Origin: Alphaproteobacteria bacterium
Lineage (GTDB): Bacteria > Pseudomonadota > Alphaproteobacteria > WRAU01 > Hepatincolaceae
Direction: 5' to 3'
NCBI GenBank assembly: GCA_009780035.1
Contig: WRAU01000009.1
Coordinates: forward strand, 1 to 24,000
DNA length: 24,000 nucleotides
The notes beneath the pieces are model-generated. The model searched no databases. It was not told where the DNA came from and was given only the letters and a program-made list of their open reading frames with translations. This document shows positions 1 through 8,802 of the stretch, in pieces. How positions within the stretch are numbered: position 1 is the first letter of the stretch; each line of letters opens with the position of its first letter. A program made the translations under genes and the position numbers.

Positions 1-166
1 CAATGGGCGGAATGAATAGAGGCGGCTCAATGGGAGGCGGAATGCAGCAACCAATGGGTGGCGGCATGAATAGATCAATGGGCGGAATGAATAGAGGCGG
101 CTCAATGGGAGGTGGAATGCAGCAACCAATGGGCGGCGGCATGAATAGACCAATGGGCGGAATGAA
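1..166 (+). repeat. 75-bp in-frame tandem repeat, about 2.2 copies, encoding MGGMNRGGSMGGGMQQPMGGGMNR(S/P)
   Basis: nt 1-75 and 76-150 differ at only 3 positions. A third partial copy spans 151-166. Confidence 0.9.
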
Positions 167-230
167 GCCAGCTAATGCATCTATGGGTGGCAGACCACAG
201 TTAAGCTCATCTTCAAGAGGAAGAAGATAG
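3..230 (+). CDS. C-terminal end of a protein truncated by the left window edge; Gly/Met/Asn/Gln-rich low-complexity tail ending SSSSRGRR
   Basis: The frame is open from the window edge, with stop TAG at 228-230 followed by a strong hairpin terminator. The visible 75 aa are almost only G/M/N/Q/P/R/S. No domain is recognisable. Confidence 0.5.
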   Translation: MGGMNRGGSMGGGMQQPMGGGMNRSMGGMNRGGSMGGGMQQPMGGGMNRPMGGMKPANASMGGRPQLSSSSRGRR

Positions 231-285
231 TTTTTTAACTTAATTGAATTTTTCTAAACATATTATTATTGTCTATGTTTCATTG

Positions 286-325
286 AAAAGAGGTATTAAA
301 AATTAATTTTTAATACCTCTTTTTT
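286..325 (+). terminator. Rho-independent terminator after the Gly/Met-rich CDS
   Basis: Perfect 16-bp arms AGAGGTATTAAAAATT / AATTTTTAATACCTCT (289-304 / 305-320) are followed by TTTTT (321-325). An A-run sits on the 5' side. Confidence 0.7.
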
Positions 326-526
326 ATGATAAACTTTATTGATTTTTAGATGTTTAAAATAGCTATATAAGAAAGAAACAGCAAGATTATTATGCCTTTT
401 GAAACAGTATCTAAGCAAGCTGTTAGATACTCTAATTTAAATTCTTGCGGTTTGGATGCAGCGTTGCAGAGATATGGCGAAAGTTAATAATACTCTTAGG
501 ACTATTATGTATATAATTACCTAGGT

Positions 527-578
527 TTTTATAGCTTGGCTTTTATATCTATACATATACAAAAGCTAAGCTATAAAA
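527..578. repeat. Short copy of palindromic element family A
   Basis: Arms are TTTTATAGCTTGGCTTTT / AAAAGCTAAGCTATAAAA, complementary at 17 of 18 positions, with a 16-nt centre. The arm resembles the TTAATAGCTTGAGGTTTATA termini of the longer copies. It lies 25 nt downstream of the rpoH stop. Confidence 0.5.
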
Positions 579-602
579 TATATAAACTTGCTGATTTTAT
601 TA

Positions 603-1475
603 TTAAGAAAATGATAAGCTGCTATTGTTTTTACCTAAAAAATCGCGGGCTTTAGCTAGGGCTTTCATTTCAATTTGGCGGACGCGTTCACGGGATATAC
701 CTAGAGTTTTGCCGATTTCTTCAAGAGATTGAGTTTTATCAACAATATATCTTTTAGTAAGAATTTCTTTTTCACGATCATTCAGCACTTTAAATACCGC
801 ATTAATCATTCTTTTGGTATTTTTTTCTTCCTGTTTTGTTATGAAGGTTTCTTCAGGATTTTCTTCACTGCTTGGCAGAAGATTTTCAAAGGTTCCTTGA
901 TTATCGTCGCCGGTTTTAGCATTGATATATAAGTCTCTCCCCGAGATTATTCCGTTAATATCTTCAACATCCTGCATTGAGGTGTTAGTTTGCTTAGCGA
1001 TTAGTGCTGCTTCTTCTTTTGAAAGTGCATGCCCAAAGATTCCAAGCCGAGTTTTAATTTTATTTAAAGAGAAAAATAATTTTTTTCTTCCGGCTAAAGT
1101 TCCAGTTTTTACTAACGACCAAGAATTTAGAATATAGTCAGTCATATAGGCTTTAATCCACCACATAGCATAGGTTGATAGTCTATTGCCGTTGTAAGGG
1201 TTAAATTTATCAACTGCACGCATTAACCCGATTGACCCTTCCGAGATTAAATCCATAATAGAAAGTCCATAGCCTTTGTAGGAATATGCCATTTTAACCA
1301 CTAAAGGCAAGTGGCTGACTATTAACTTTTGTGCCGATTCTTTGTTTTTATTTTCAAACCAATCCCTTGAAAATTGTTGTTCCTCTTCAAGAGTTAGACT
1401 TTTAATTTTTGATATAATAGATAGGTATCTTTTTAGCTCCCCGCCTTCAGCATAGGGATATGTAAGATAATTCAT
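603..1475 (-). CDS. rpoH: RNA polymerase heat-shock sigma factor sigma-32 (RpoH)
   Basis: RpoH-box-like GRKKLFFSLNKIK is present. Sigma-70 region 2 is seen as STYAMWWIKAYM, and the region 4.2 HTH as SLEEIGKTLGISRERVRQIEMKAL. The start is moved to ATG 1475 (MNYLTY...), which has AGGAG 7 nt upstream, rather than the TTG at 1499 in the ORF track. Confidence 0.9.
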   Translation of the reverse strand: MNYLTYPYAEGGELKRYLSIISKIKSLTLEEEQQFSRDWFENKNKESAQKLIVSHLPLVVKMAYSYKGYGLSIMDLISEGSIGLMRAVDKFNPYNGNRLSTYAMWWIKAYMTDYILNSWSLVKTGTLAGRKKLFFSLNKIKTRLGIFGHALSKEEAALIAKQTNTSMQDVEDINGIISGRDLYINAKTGDDNQGTFENLLPSSEENPEETFITKQEEKNTKRMINAVFKVLNDREKEILTKRYIVDKTQSLEEIGKTLGISRERVRQIEMKALAKARDFLGKNNSSLSFS

Positions 1476-1542
1476 GTTATTTCTCCTCTTCTTTAACAAG
1501 CAAGATTAGATGAATCCTTCAATAAGCAATTCATTACTATAA

Positions 1543-1571
1543 ATAATATATTAAAGATAAAATTTTGTCAA
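1543..1571 (-). promoter_or_regulatory. Candidate sigma-70 promoter for rpoH
   Basis: The minus strand reads TTGACA (1571-1566), a 17-nt spacer, then TATTAT (1548-1543). Confidence 0.5.
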
Positions 1572-1592
1572 GCGCCTAATGCAGAACAAGCC

Positions 1593-2354
1593 TTAATCAT
1601 AAGCAGCAATGCGCTGCAGTTCTTGGCGTCGTGTTTGGGTAAACAGATCTTTTATAAGAGTATATTCATCAAAAGACGAAGTTAGGAGATTCTCATTTTG
1701 ACGGTAATAATCAGCAAAGAAAACTACCGTAATTATAGTAGAGCCATTTACGCGGAGGTAATCGGAATTTCTGTAGGATACACTAAAATTATCTGTTAAA
1801 AGATCATATTCGGGAAAATAAAATCTTTCCGCATACATGGTTGTAGCAATACCAATGGAATCCCTTAAATTGTTCGGTCCAAAGAAAACTAAGTAAGGAC
1901 CTTCAGGAACACCCATAAAATATAATGTTGCTCCTAAATCGTTGTTTTTCTTAGGCATGCCTAAAGGAGTCATTATATCCCACATGCCAAAGATTCCAAT
2001 TGTAGAGTTAATGCTAAAGCGGAACAGAGATTCGAATCCGGCATTTACCCGCAATTGTAAAAAATGGTTTAAAGCATTTGAAGGCTCTCTAACATTATTA
2101 GAAAAATTCAGCATTCTATTTTTAGCATATAAAGGCAGTTCATTATAAACAATTGCCACATATTTAACCCCATATCTATACATTGCCTTATATAAATGAA
2201 ACATTCCTTTGTTAAAATAAAAGAAAGGATCGCTGATAGTGTTGTTTTGGGCTGTTTCTTCCTCTATTATTTCATCTTCACCAAACTCATCGGCAAATGA
2301 GGCGCTTGAGAAAATAAAAAATAATAGTAAAATAAATAGTAGAAGTCTTTGCAA
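1593..2354 (-). CDS. mlaA: MlaA/VacJ family outer-membrane lipid asymmetry protein
   Basis: VacJ pattern is present: SDPFFYFNKGMF, NFSNNVREPSNALNHFLQ, FSINSTIGIFGMWD, GVPEGPYLVFFGPNNLRD. It has an N-terminal signal peptide but no lipobox Cys. The start is TTG with no clear SD, so it is uncertain. Confidence 0.8.
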   Translation of the reverse strand: MQRLLLFILLLFFIFSSASFADEFGEDEIIEEETAQNNTISDPFFYFNKGMFHLYKAMYRYGVKYVAIVYNELPLYAKNRMLNFSNNVREPSNALNHFLQLRVNAGFESLFRFSINSTIGIFGMWDIMTPLGMPKKNNDLGATLYFMGVPEGPYLVFFGPNNLRDSIGIATTMYAERFYFPEYDLLTDNFSVSYRNSDYLRVNGSTIITVVFFADYYRQNENLLTSSFDEYTLIKDLFTQTRRQELQRIAAYD

Positions 2355-2420
2355 TTTGTGATAACTTTTTATTAATAAATTAATTCTATAATTATTTTAT
2401 AATGCGGATATAATATATAT

Positions 2421-3281
2421 ATGAGAATTATAATTATTATTATTATAATAGCAATAAATAATGTTGCGATGGCTAATAATCAGCCCTTAAAAATTAATGC
2501 AGGAATTATTCCTATAGGATCTTTATTGGCTATGCTGAATACAGGAATTAATAATAGCATCGGTGTAATATTGGCAAACCAAAATATGTCTCCCCATGAA
2601 GCTGCAATTAATGTTAAAGAAATGCAGGCAATTAAAGATTCTAATGTTTTAGTTTTGGTAAACCGTAATTTTGAGTATGAGATTGCAGAAAATATTAATA
2701 AAGATAAAACTCAAGTAATTTACTTAGATAAGTTGCTTAAACATGTATCTGCAGATCCGCATTTTTGGCTGGATGCTAATATCGCTAAAGAAATTTTACA
2801 AGAATTAGCAGTTGAACTGGGAAAAATTGATCCCAAAAATGCTAAAGCCTATCTTAAAAATGCGGCAAAGTTTTCTGCAGAAATTGCTGATATGCAGAAA
2901 TCTTTGCAGAAAGATTTTACTTCTGTGAAAAGCCATTTTATGGTGTATCATGAGGCTTGGAATTATTTTATTAAAGCTAATGGCTTAACCAACTACTATA
3001 AAGGAAGCATTACAAGGGAAAATAGCAGCCATCATGATATTGATACTGCACTTGGCGTGCAGGATATTATTAATTTAGCTAATTTCGTTAAGAAAAACAA
3101 TGTTGTGTGCATTTTCATTGAACCGCAGTTTGATGATGCTGTTTTAATGGATTTTATTGTCAAGCATAATATTAAAACGGCAGTGTTAAATCCTATCGGA
3201 GAAATAACTAACCCCCTTAGCGACAGCTATTTTTTAATGATGCGGGAAAATGCCCGGCAGTTAAAATCGTGTGCAAGCTGA
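2421..3281 (+). CDS. znuA: Zinc/metal ABC transporter periplasmic substrate-binding protein (ZnuA/TroA family)
   Basis: Family motifs are present: SPHEAA, ADPHFWLD, YHEAWNYF, IFIEPQF. A hydrophobic N-terminus is present. No long His-rich loop is seen. Confidence 0.75.
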   Translation: MRIIIIIIIIAINNVAMANNQPLKINAGIIPIGSLLAMLNTGINNSIGVILANQNMSPHEAAINVKEMQAIKDSNVLVLVNRNFEYEIAENINKDKTQVIYLDKLLKHVSADPHFWLDANIAKEILQELAVELGKIDPKNAKAYLKNAAKFSAEIADMQKSLQKDFTSVKSHFMVYHEAWNYFIKANGLTNYYKGSITRENSSHHDIDTALGVQDIINLANFVKKNNVVCIFIEPQFDDAVLMDFIVKHNIKTAVLNPIGEITNPLSDSYFLMMRENARQLKSCAS

Positions 3282-3300
3282 TAAAAAAAGGTATTTTATA

Positions 3301-4542
3301 ATGAACAACAATATGGTTAAAACTTTTCTATCGTTTTTTTGGTTTCTGCCTTTTTTATATATCTTTTTAGATATTTATTTCAATCTTGATTTAAAACTAT
3401 CCACAATGGCGGTAAAAACTTTATTAATTATTTCTACCGTCTGCGCTTTAATTTTAGTGGTTATTTGGTTTAAAGAATTTAAGGAAAACGGCTATAGAAC
3501 CAATGCCTTTAAAGCCATTAGAGAAGCTAACATCCAAAAATTAGAAGCAATTCTTAACCGCGCTCCTGCTCCCGGCATTTATACGAACGATGAGGGTAAA
3601 ACTCTTATGGAGTATGCTATTGATGAACAAGCAGATTCTTCAATTATTTATTTGCTTTTAAGCCATAAATGCTATGTTAGCAGGGCTCTTTCCCTTGAAT
3701 ATAATTTAGGATTTACTTTATTTTATTTATGCGCCTACTATAATTATATTAATAATTCTACTATAAAATATCTGTTGAACGAGGGTGCCAATATTAATTT
3801 TGCCGATACTTCTAAAGGTTTTGAAGGCTTATCTATTCTGCAAAGCCTTACCCTAAGAGGAGATAAAGAGGCGATTGCCTTAGCGCTAGAAGCTGGTGCA
3901 AATATAGATTATTTTGTGAATGATTTATCGCTTAATACCTTGATGCTTGCCTCTAAATATACTGATGATCCTATAATTATAAAAATGTTATTAGACTACG
4001 GGGCTAAGGTTAATGAAATTAATAAAGACGGCTATAACGCTTTGCTGTTAGCCGCACAGTATAATTCTAGCTCGGCAGTAATTAATACCTTAGTGAATGC
4101 CGGAGCTAATTTAAGGGCTTATCGTATTAAAAGTTCTATTCTTAAATATAACGATGTTACCGCTTTAATTTTAGCCAGCACTTATAATAACGAATCAGTA
4201 GTGCGCAAGTTAATTAACTTAGGCGATGATATAGAATTTAAAGATAGTTTGGGTTTGAACGCGCTTTTTGTAGCAGCTGCCCATAATCCTAATGTTGATG
4301 TAATTAAGGCTCTTATTATGGCTGGGCTATCCCTAGAAAAAACCCGCGATAAAGACGGTAATACGCCGCTTATGGCAGCCGCTTTTTTAAATCAGAATCC
4401 CACTGTAATTAAGTATTTAATTGATAAGACTCATAATCTTAAAAGCACTAATAATGACGGCTTTAATTTTATTGACTATTTAAAACAAAATAATAATCTT
4501 TCTGAAGCTGAAAAAAGCACTATTTTAAATAGGTGGAGTTAA
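3301..4542 (+). CDS. Membrane-anchored ankyrin-repeat protein
   Basis: Two N-terminal hydrophobic helices (FLSFFWFLPFLYIFLDIYF, LLIISTVCALILVVIWF) are followed by at least 7 ANK-like units, e.g. LLDYGAKVNEINKDGYNALLLAA and LIMAGLSLEKTRDKDGNTPLMAAA. ATG 3301 is preferred over GTG 3271, which overlaps the znuA stop. Confidence 0.85.
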   Translation: MNNNMVKTFLSFFWFLPFLYIFLDIYFNLDLKLSTMAVKTLLIISTVCALILVVIWFKEFKENGYRTNAFKAIREANIQKLEAILNRAPAPGIYTNDEGKTLMEYAIDEQADSSIIYLLLSHKCYVSRALSLEYNLGFTLFYLCAYYNYINNSTIKYLLNEGANINFADTSKGFEGLSILQSLTLRGDKEAIALALEAGANIDYFVNDLSLNTLMLASKYTDDPIIIKMLLDYGAKVNEINKDGYNALLLAAQYNSSSAVINTLVNAGANLRAYRIKSSILKYNDVTALILASTYNNESVVRKLINLGDDIEFKDSLGLNALFVAAAHNPNVDVIKALIMAGLSLEKTRDKDGNTPLMAAAFLNQNPTVIKYLIDKTHNLKSTNNDGFNFIDYLKQNNNLSEAEKSTILNRWS

Positions 4543-5241
4543 ATGACCTTTACAGCCCTTGTAAAACAGGTTGAACATAAGTTTTTAATATTGTTTCCAA
4601 ATGGCTTTATTGATGAGAATTGGCTGAAACTTTCTAAAAAGCATTCCTCTTTAAAAATTGACAGTCTTTTTCAAACTGTTTTAAATAAAGAACACATGGC
4701 GGAGGTTGTTAATCTTTTAAAAGGCGGCAGCTCATTGCCAAAAAGCAGCCTTGCTGAAATAATTGATGCTGTTATAAAAGCTGTAAATTACAGCACTACC
4801 ATCAGCATGTTTGAAAAGTTTGCCCTTAGAAATTATTTAACATCCCCAAGTATTCATCAAGAATTTATAGATGTGCTATATAAATTTATGTATGTGGATT
4901 ATCAAAAATATTTTGCAGATTTTAGCCATGTTTTGTCTAAAACGAAAAATTCTATAGAGAACTCTAACTGTGCTAAATGGAGCATTATTAGTTTCTTTTT
5001 AGCTTTTTCTAATAAGAATCAGCATGTTTTCTTAAAACCAACTACCGCTAAAAGAATTTCAGCTTTTTTTAATATGGATATTGCCTATCAGTCATACCCA
5101 AATCTTGAAACTTATGAAAAATTTCGGGATATAATTTTTAAATTTAAGGAAAACTCTGTATTAGCTAAAGATAAAGAACTTATAACCGCTCAGGCAGTTA
5201 TTTTTTGTGCTTTATCTATGATGCCTAAGGATATGCAGTAG
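4543..5241 (+). CDS. Hypothetical protein (232 aa, apparently helical, no recognised domain)
   Basis: The ATG directly abuts the ankyrin TAA (GGAGTTAAATG), so GGAG lies 4 nt upstream and the genes are translationally coupled. No TM segment or known motif was recognised. Confidence 0.6.
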   Translation: MTFTALVKQVEHKFLILFPNGFIDENWLKLSKKHSSLKIDSLFQTVLNKEHMAEVVNLLKGGSSLPKSSLAEIIDAVIKAVNYSTTISMFEKFALRNYLTSPSIHQEFIDVLYKFMYVDYQKYFADFSHVLSKTKNSIENSNCAKWSIISFFLAFSNKNQHVFLKPTTAKRISAFFNMDIAYQSYPNLETYEKFRDIIFKFKENSVLAKDKELITAQAVIFCALSMMPKDMQ

Positions 5242-5258
5242 AAAGTTTAATAAAAAAT

Positions 5259-5318
5259 CGTGTTGTTTGTAAAATAACCTTATGGATGCCTGCTCTAGCA
5301 TAGGCATGACGGTAGGAA
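5259..5318 (-). repeat. Hairpin repeat family B, inverted orientation
   Basis: The reverse complement reads CCGTCATGCCTATGCTAGAGCAGGCATCCATAAGGTTATTTTACAAACAACACG. The 26-nt core is an exact inverted copy of 9870-9895. Confidence 0.6.
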
Positions 5319-5401
5319 AATAATATTTGGTCTAACACAGGTATATAATTATCGATTAATTACTTGACATATCAGTTTATATTATGTATCCTTGTATCTT
5401 G

Positions 5402-5429
5402 TTGAAAGAGTTATAGCAGCTTTTATAAC
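5402..5429 (+). promoter_or_regulatory. Possible promoter for tRNA-fMet
   Basis: TTGAAA (5402-5407), a 16-nt spacer, then TATAAC (5424-5429), 14 nt before the tRNA. Confidence 0.3.
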
Positions 5430-5443
5430 AGTATTTTTCTTGT

Positions 5444-5520
<77 letters not shown>

Positions 5521-5742
5521 ATCTTACAATCTTCAAATAATTAATACTTAATCCTAAATTTCTTTTTTTGTTAATTTCATTTTTATATGCAGCTATCAAA
5601 CTGCTTCACTATTGTTTTAAAAATTTTCTGTGGAGGTTAATTGAATTCTAGCATTTTCAGCAATGCTTATAAAATACTTTTAAAGTTCTGCTTTAGATCG
5701 CTGTGCATCTGCATACTAAAAACTATCAAAAAATTTATTTTA

Positions 5743-5771
5743 TTGAATAAAAACAAAATATTTGATATAAT
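5743..5771 (+). promoter_or_regulatory. Sigma-70 promoter for tRNA-Cys
   Basis: TTGAAT (5743-5748), a 17-nt spacer, then TATAAT (5766-5771), 12 nt before the tRNA 5' end. Confidence 0.6.
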
Positions 5772-5783
5772 CTATTAGATTTT

Positions 5784-5857
5784 GGCACGATGGCGGAGGG
5801 GTTACGCGACGGTCTGCAAAACCGTTTACACCAGTTCAAGTCTGGTTCGTGCCTCCA
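5784..5857 (+). tRNA. tRNA-Cys (anticodon GCA), CCA encoded
   Basis: Acceptor stem is GGCACGA/TCGTGCC, anticodon loop CTGCAAA, discriminator U73. A 13:22 mismatch is present, as in known tRNA-Cys. Confidence 0.9.
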
Positions 5858-5933
5858 TTTTAAAAATCTGTTCTAATTTTATCTTTTATGAGCGCAAAAT
5901 CAAGCAATTTACTAACATCTACCGTTAATATTT

Positions 5934-5962
5934 TTGACAAAAAGTGTCTTATTTGTTATACT
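5934..5962 (+). promoter_or_regulatory. Sigma-70 promoter for malX
   Basis: TTGACA (5934-5939), a 17-nt spacer, then TGT-TATACT (extended -10; TATACT at 5957-5962), about 48 nt before the ATG. Confidence 0.6.
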
Positions 5963-6010
5963 TGCTGTATTAATTAATAAGATTCGCACTACACAAATAA
6001 GGAGCTAATT

Positions 6011-7567
6011 ATGGCTGCAATGGAAAAGTCAAAAAAGAAAAAGCTGAATATCTTAGGGTATTTGCAATCGCTAGGAAAAACATTTATGCTGCCTGTGGCT
6101 TTAATGTCTGCCATGGGGGTAATTTTAGGGATTGGCTCAGCTATTGATGTTATAATAAATACTTATCCTTTCCTAGACAGCTTCCTTTTAAGACTAACCG
6201 CCAACTTTATGATGAATACTGGAGGCTTTGCCTTTAGCAATATTGCCGTGCTTTTTGCTATAGCTATTCCGCTGGGTCTTGCCCGCGAGGAAAAAGGCGT
6301 GGCTGCTCTTGCCGGTTTTGTCGGCTTTTTTGTAATGAACCTTAGCATTAATTTTTATCTTAAGGAAACAGGTCTGTTATTAAGCGATATGTCGCTGGCA
6401 AGAAAAGCCGGGCAAGCAGTAATTCTTGGGGTTCATACCTTAGATACTGGAGTTTTAGGAGCGATTATTTCGGGAAGCATTGTAAGCTATTTACATAACC
6501 GCTTTTATACTCTCCGCCTGCCGACTGGTTTATCTTTCTTTGAAGGTGTGCGTTTTGTTCCTATAATCAGCGCTATAGTTTTTGCCATTGTAGGTTTAAT
6601 TATTCCGTTAATTTTTCCTCTTTTTGCAAAATTAATTGCTGGAATTGGCTATTCTATTAAATCTTCTGGAATTTTTGCGCCGTTTTTATTTGCTGCTGGC
6701 GAAAGATTTTTGCTGCCGTTTGGCTTGCATCATATTTTAGTAGCGCTAATCAGATTTACCGATGCCGGCGGCAGCGAAGTTATTAATAACAATACGGTTT
6801 ATGGCGCTTTAAACATCTATTTTGCCGAAGTAAAAGCCGGACTGCCGATAAGTCCTGAATATACGAGATTCCTTTCTCAAAGCAAAATGCTGTTTATGAT
6901 GTTTGGATTACCTGGTGCTGCTCTTGCCATTTATTCAACCGCACGCACTGAAAATAAACTTGCTGTTAAAGGACTGCTGATTTCTGGAGTAATTGCGGCA
7001 GTAGTTGGCGGTATTAGCGAACCTATAGAATTTTTATTCTTATTCATAGCACCTCTTTTATATTTATTCCATGCAGTTATGGCAGGTTTAGGGGCGATGG
7101 TTTTAGGAATCCTGCATGTAGGAATCGGCAATACCGACGGAAACATCATTGACTTTGTTATTTTCGGTATGCTTAAGGGATTTACAACCAAATGGTATTT
7201 GGTGCTGCCTCTGGGATTATTGTGGATGTTAATTTACTTCCTAATATTTAGATGGGCGATTCTTAAGTTTGACTTAAAAACTCCGGGCAGAACTGACGCA
7301 GTTATGGGCGATTCTTTAAAAGGCTATGGTGCGTCTAATATTATTAAAGCACTTGGAGGGGAAGAAAATATTGTAGAGCTTGATAACTGCCTTACCCGTT
7401 TAAGATTAGAAGTAGCTGATATGAGCTTAATTGACGAGAAAGCTCTTAAAGAAAATGGGGCGATAGGAGTTGTAAAACTTAACGATACCTCGCTGCAGGT
7501 GGTGATTGGTCCTCATGTGCAGTTTGTGAAAAATGAGATGCAAAAACAAATGAAAGCCGGCAGGTAA
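6011..7567 (+). CDS. malX: PTS glucose/maltose-family EIICB component (MalX-like)
   Basis: Long colinear identity blocks match E. coli MalX as remembered: LGKTFMLPVAL, GERFLLPFGLHHILVALIRFTDAGG, IGNTDGNIIDFVIFG, LKTPGR. The C-terminal EIIB carries the phospho-Cys motif DNCLTRLRL. RBS AAGGAG lies 6 nt upstream. No EIIA domain is present. Confidence 0.9.
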   Translation: MAAMEKSKKKKLNILGYLQSLGKTFMLPVALMSAMGVILGIGSAIDVIINTYPFLDSFLLRLTANFMMNTGGFAFSNIAVLFAIAIPLGLAREEKGVAALAGFVGFFVMNLSINFYLKETGLLLSDMSLARKAGQAVILGVHTLDTGVLGAIISGSIVSYLHNRFYTLRLPTGLSFFEGVRFVPIISAIVFAIVGLIIPLIFPLFAKLIAGIGYSIKSSGIFAPFLFAAGERFLLPFGLHHILVALIRFTDAGGSEVINNNTVYGALNIYFAEVKAGLPISPEYTRFLSQSKMLFMMFGLPGAALAIYSTARTENKLAVKGLLISGVIAAVVGGISEPIEFLFLFIAPLLYLFHAVMAGLGAMVLGILHVGIGNTDGNIIDFVIFGMLKGFTTKWYLVLPLGLLWMLIYFLIFRWAILKFDLKTPGRTDAVMGDSLKGYGASNIIKALGGEENIVELDNCLTRLRLEVADMSLIDEKALKENGAIGVVKLNDTSLQVVIGPHVQFVKNEMQKQMKAGR

Positions 7568-7593
7568 GCAACTTTATTGTGCAGGAGAATAAC

Positions 7594-8766
7594 ATGAGTG
7601 ATTTTGATGAAGTTATTAATCGGTTAGGCACTTATTCTACCCAGTGGGATTATACTGCTGATAGGTTTGGCAGAGATGATATATTGCCTTTTAGCATATC
7701 GGATATGGATTTTAAATCCCCTAAAGAAATTCTTAGCGCTTTGCATGATAGAGTAAATCATGGAGTTTTTGGCTATAGCCGCTGGAATCATAGCGATTAT
7801 AAAGGAGCAATTAAAAATTGGTATGCTTCAAGATTTAATTATACTATTCAAGACGATTGGATAATGTATATTCCCAGTGTTATTTACGGCATTAATAAGG
7901 TTTTTGAAGTTTTAGGCAGCAAAAATGATGCTGTGCTGTTTTTATCGCCGGCATATGATAACTTTTATAAAAGTTTGCAAGCTAATCAGCAAAAATTTAT
8001 AACTTCTCATTTAATTATTGAAAATAATCAATTTGCTATAAATTGGCAGGATTTTGAAAATAAACTTAAGGATTCTAAATACTTTTTGTTATGCAATCCT
8101 CATAATCCAACGGGCAGAGTTTGGCAGGAGAGCGAGCTTGAGAAAATAGTTTCTTTAACAAAAAAGTATAATGTAATTATTATATCCGATGATATTCATA
8201 TGGATATAGTCTATAAACCGCATAAGTTTACTCCCGTGTTAAAGGCGGCAGAACACTTAGATTATGCTGATAATATTATAATTATAACCTCTGCCAGCAA
8301 AAGTTTTAATATTCCAAGTTTAGGGGGAGCTTATGCTTTAATTCCTAACCGTGAAATTTACAAAAAATTAATGGCTAAAATTAAAGAAATGGACGCCTTA
8401 GGCTCACCAATGATTCTTGGAATTATTGCCGCCATGACTGCTTATAGGGAATGTGCGGATTGGTTAGACAATCTTGTTGAATATTGTTATAATAACATGC
8501 TGACATTGCAGAATTTTTTAGAGGAAAAATTCCCAAAAGCTAAAATGCTAATGCCGCAGGGAACATATCTGGCATGGATAGATGTTAGTGCGATGGGGGA
8601 ATCTAGTGAAGGAATCCAAAAAAAACTTATCAATAAAGGAAAATTAGGGATAATGTCTGGCGAGGTTTATGGTGAAACAAAACCTTTTTTAAGGTTGAAT
8701 GCAGGCTGTCCGCAGTCTAAATTACTTTTAGGACTAGATAGGTTTAAAGAATCTTTTACTGATTAA
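7594..8766 (+). CDS. malY: PLP-dependent C-S beta-lyase (MalY/PatB family, aminotransferase class I/II fold)
   Basis: The N-terminus MSDFDEVINRLGTYSTQWDYTADRFG parallels E. coli MalY. The PLP-lysine motif SASKSFNIPSLGGAY and the C-terminal LRLNAGCPQSKL are present. ATG 7594, with AGGAG 6 nt upstream, is preferred over GTG 7579. Confidence 0.9.
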   Translation: MSDFDEVINRLGTYSTQWDYTADRFGRDDILPFSISDMDFKSPKEILSALHDRVNHGVFGYSRWNHSDYKGAIKNWYASRFNYTIQDDWIMYIPSVIYGINKVFEVLGSKNDAVLFLSPAYDNFYKSLQANQQKFITSHLIIENNQFAINWQDFENKLKDSKYFLLCNPHNPTGRVWQESELEKIVSLTKKYNVIIISDDIHMDIVYKPHKFTPVLKAAEHLDYADNIIIITSASKSFNIPSLGGAYALIPNREIYKKLMAKIKEMDALGSPMILGIIAAMTAYRECADWLDNLVEYCYNNMLTLQNFLEEKFPKAKMLMPQGTYLAWIDVSAMGESSEGIQKKLINKGKLGIMSGEVYGETKPFLRLNAGCPQSKLLLGLDRFKESFTD

Positions 8767-8802
8767 ATTTGTGTAAATATAATTTTAATAAGGAGAAAAA
8801 TT

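Noticed and set aside
1-166. Tandem repeat as a CRISPR-like or noncoding satellite, or as a GroEL GGM tail
   Set aside because: The repeats are directly adjacent with no spacers, and they are in-frame coding. The tail is much longer than chaperonin GGM tails and ends in a basic RGRR, so a GroEL identity is not supported.
729-1137. Two plus-strand ORFs (729-932, 922-1137) from the track
   Set aside because: They are antisense shadow ORFs inside the well-supported rpoH gene. The products are low-complexity and F/I/S-rich, with no RBS.
1476-1499. TTG start at 1499 for rpoH (ORF track)
   Set aside because: ATG at 1475 is preceded by AGGAG at ideal spacing. The 8 extra codons would overlap that RBS.
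1470-1534. Possible rpoH RNA thermometer: ATTCAT (1515-1510, minus strand) can pair with either ATGAAT in the leader (1534-1529) or the ATGAAT start codon (1475-1470)
   Set aside because: Only 6-bp A/U-rich pairings are involved, which is easily chance in this composition, and no extended structure was seen. It would need folding and comparative support.
1942-2148. Plus-strand 68-aa ORF
   Set aside because: It lies antisense within mlaA, with no motif or RBS.
2355-2420. Zur box upstream of znuA
   Set aside because: Only a GTGATAAC half-site-like string is present, with no palindrome comparable to known Zur operators.
3271-3300. GTG start at 3271 for the ankyrin gene (ORF track)
   Set aside because: It would overlap the end of znuA by 11 nt and adds a charged peptide before the TM segments. 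ATG 3301 is more plausible, though it remains unproven.
6163-7191. Minus-strand ORFs 6163-6348 and 6931-7191
   Set aside because: They are antisense shadows of the highly conserved malX coding region.
7579-7593. GTG start at 7579 for malY (ORF track)
   Set aside because: The GTG lies inside the AGGAG RBS region. ATG 7594 gives an N-terminus colinear with E. coli MalY.
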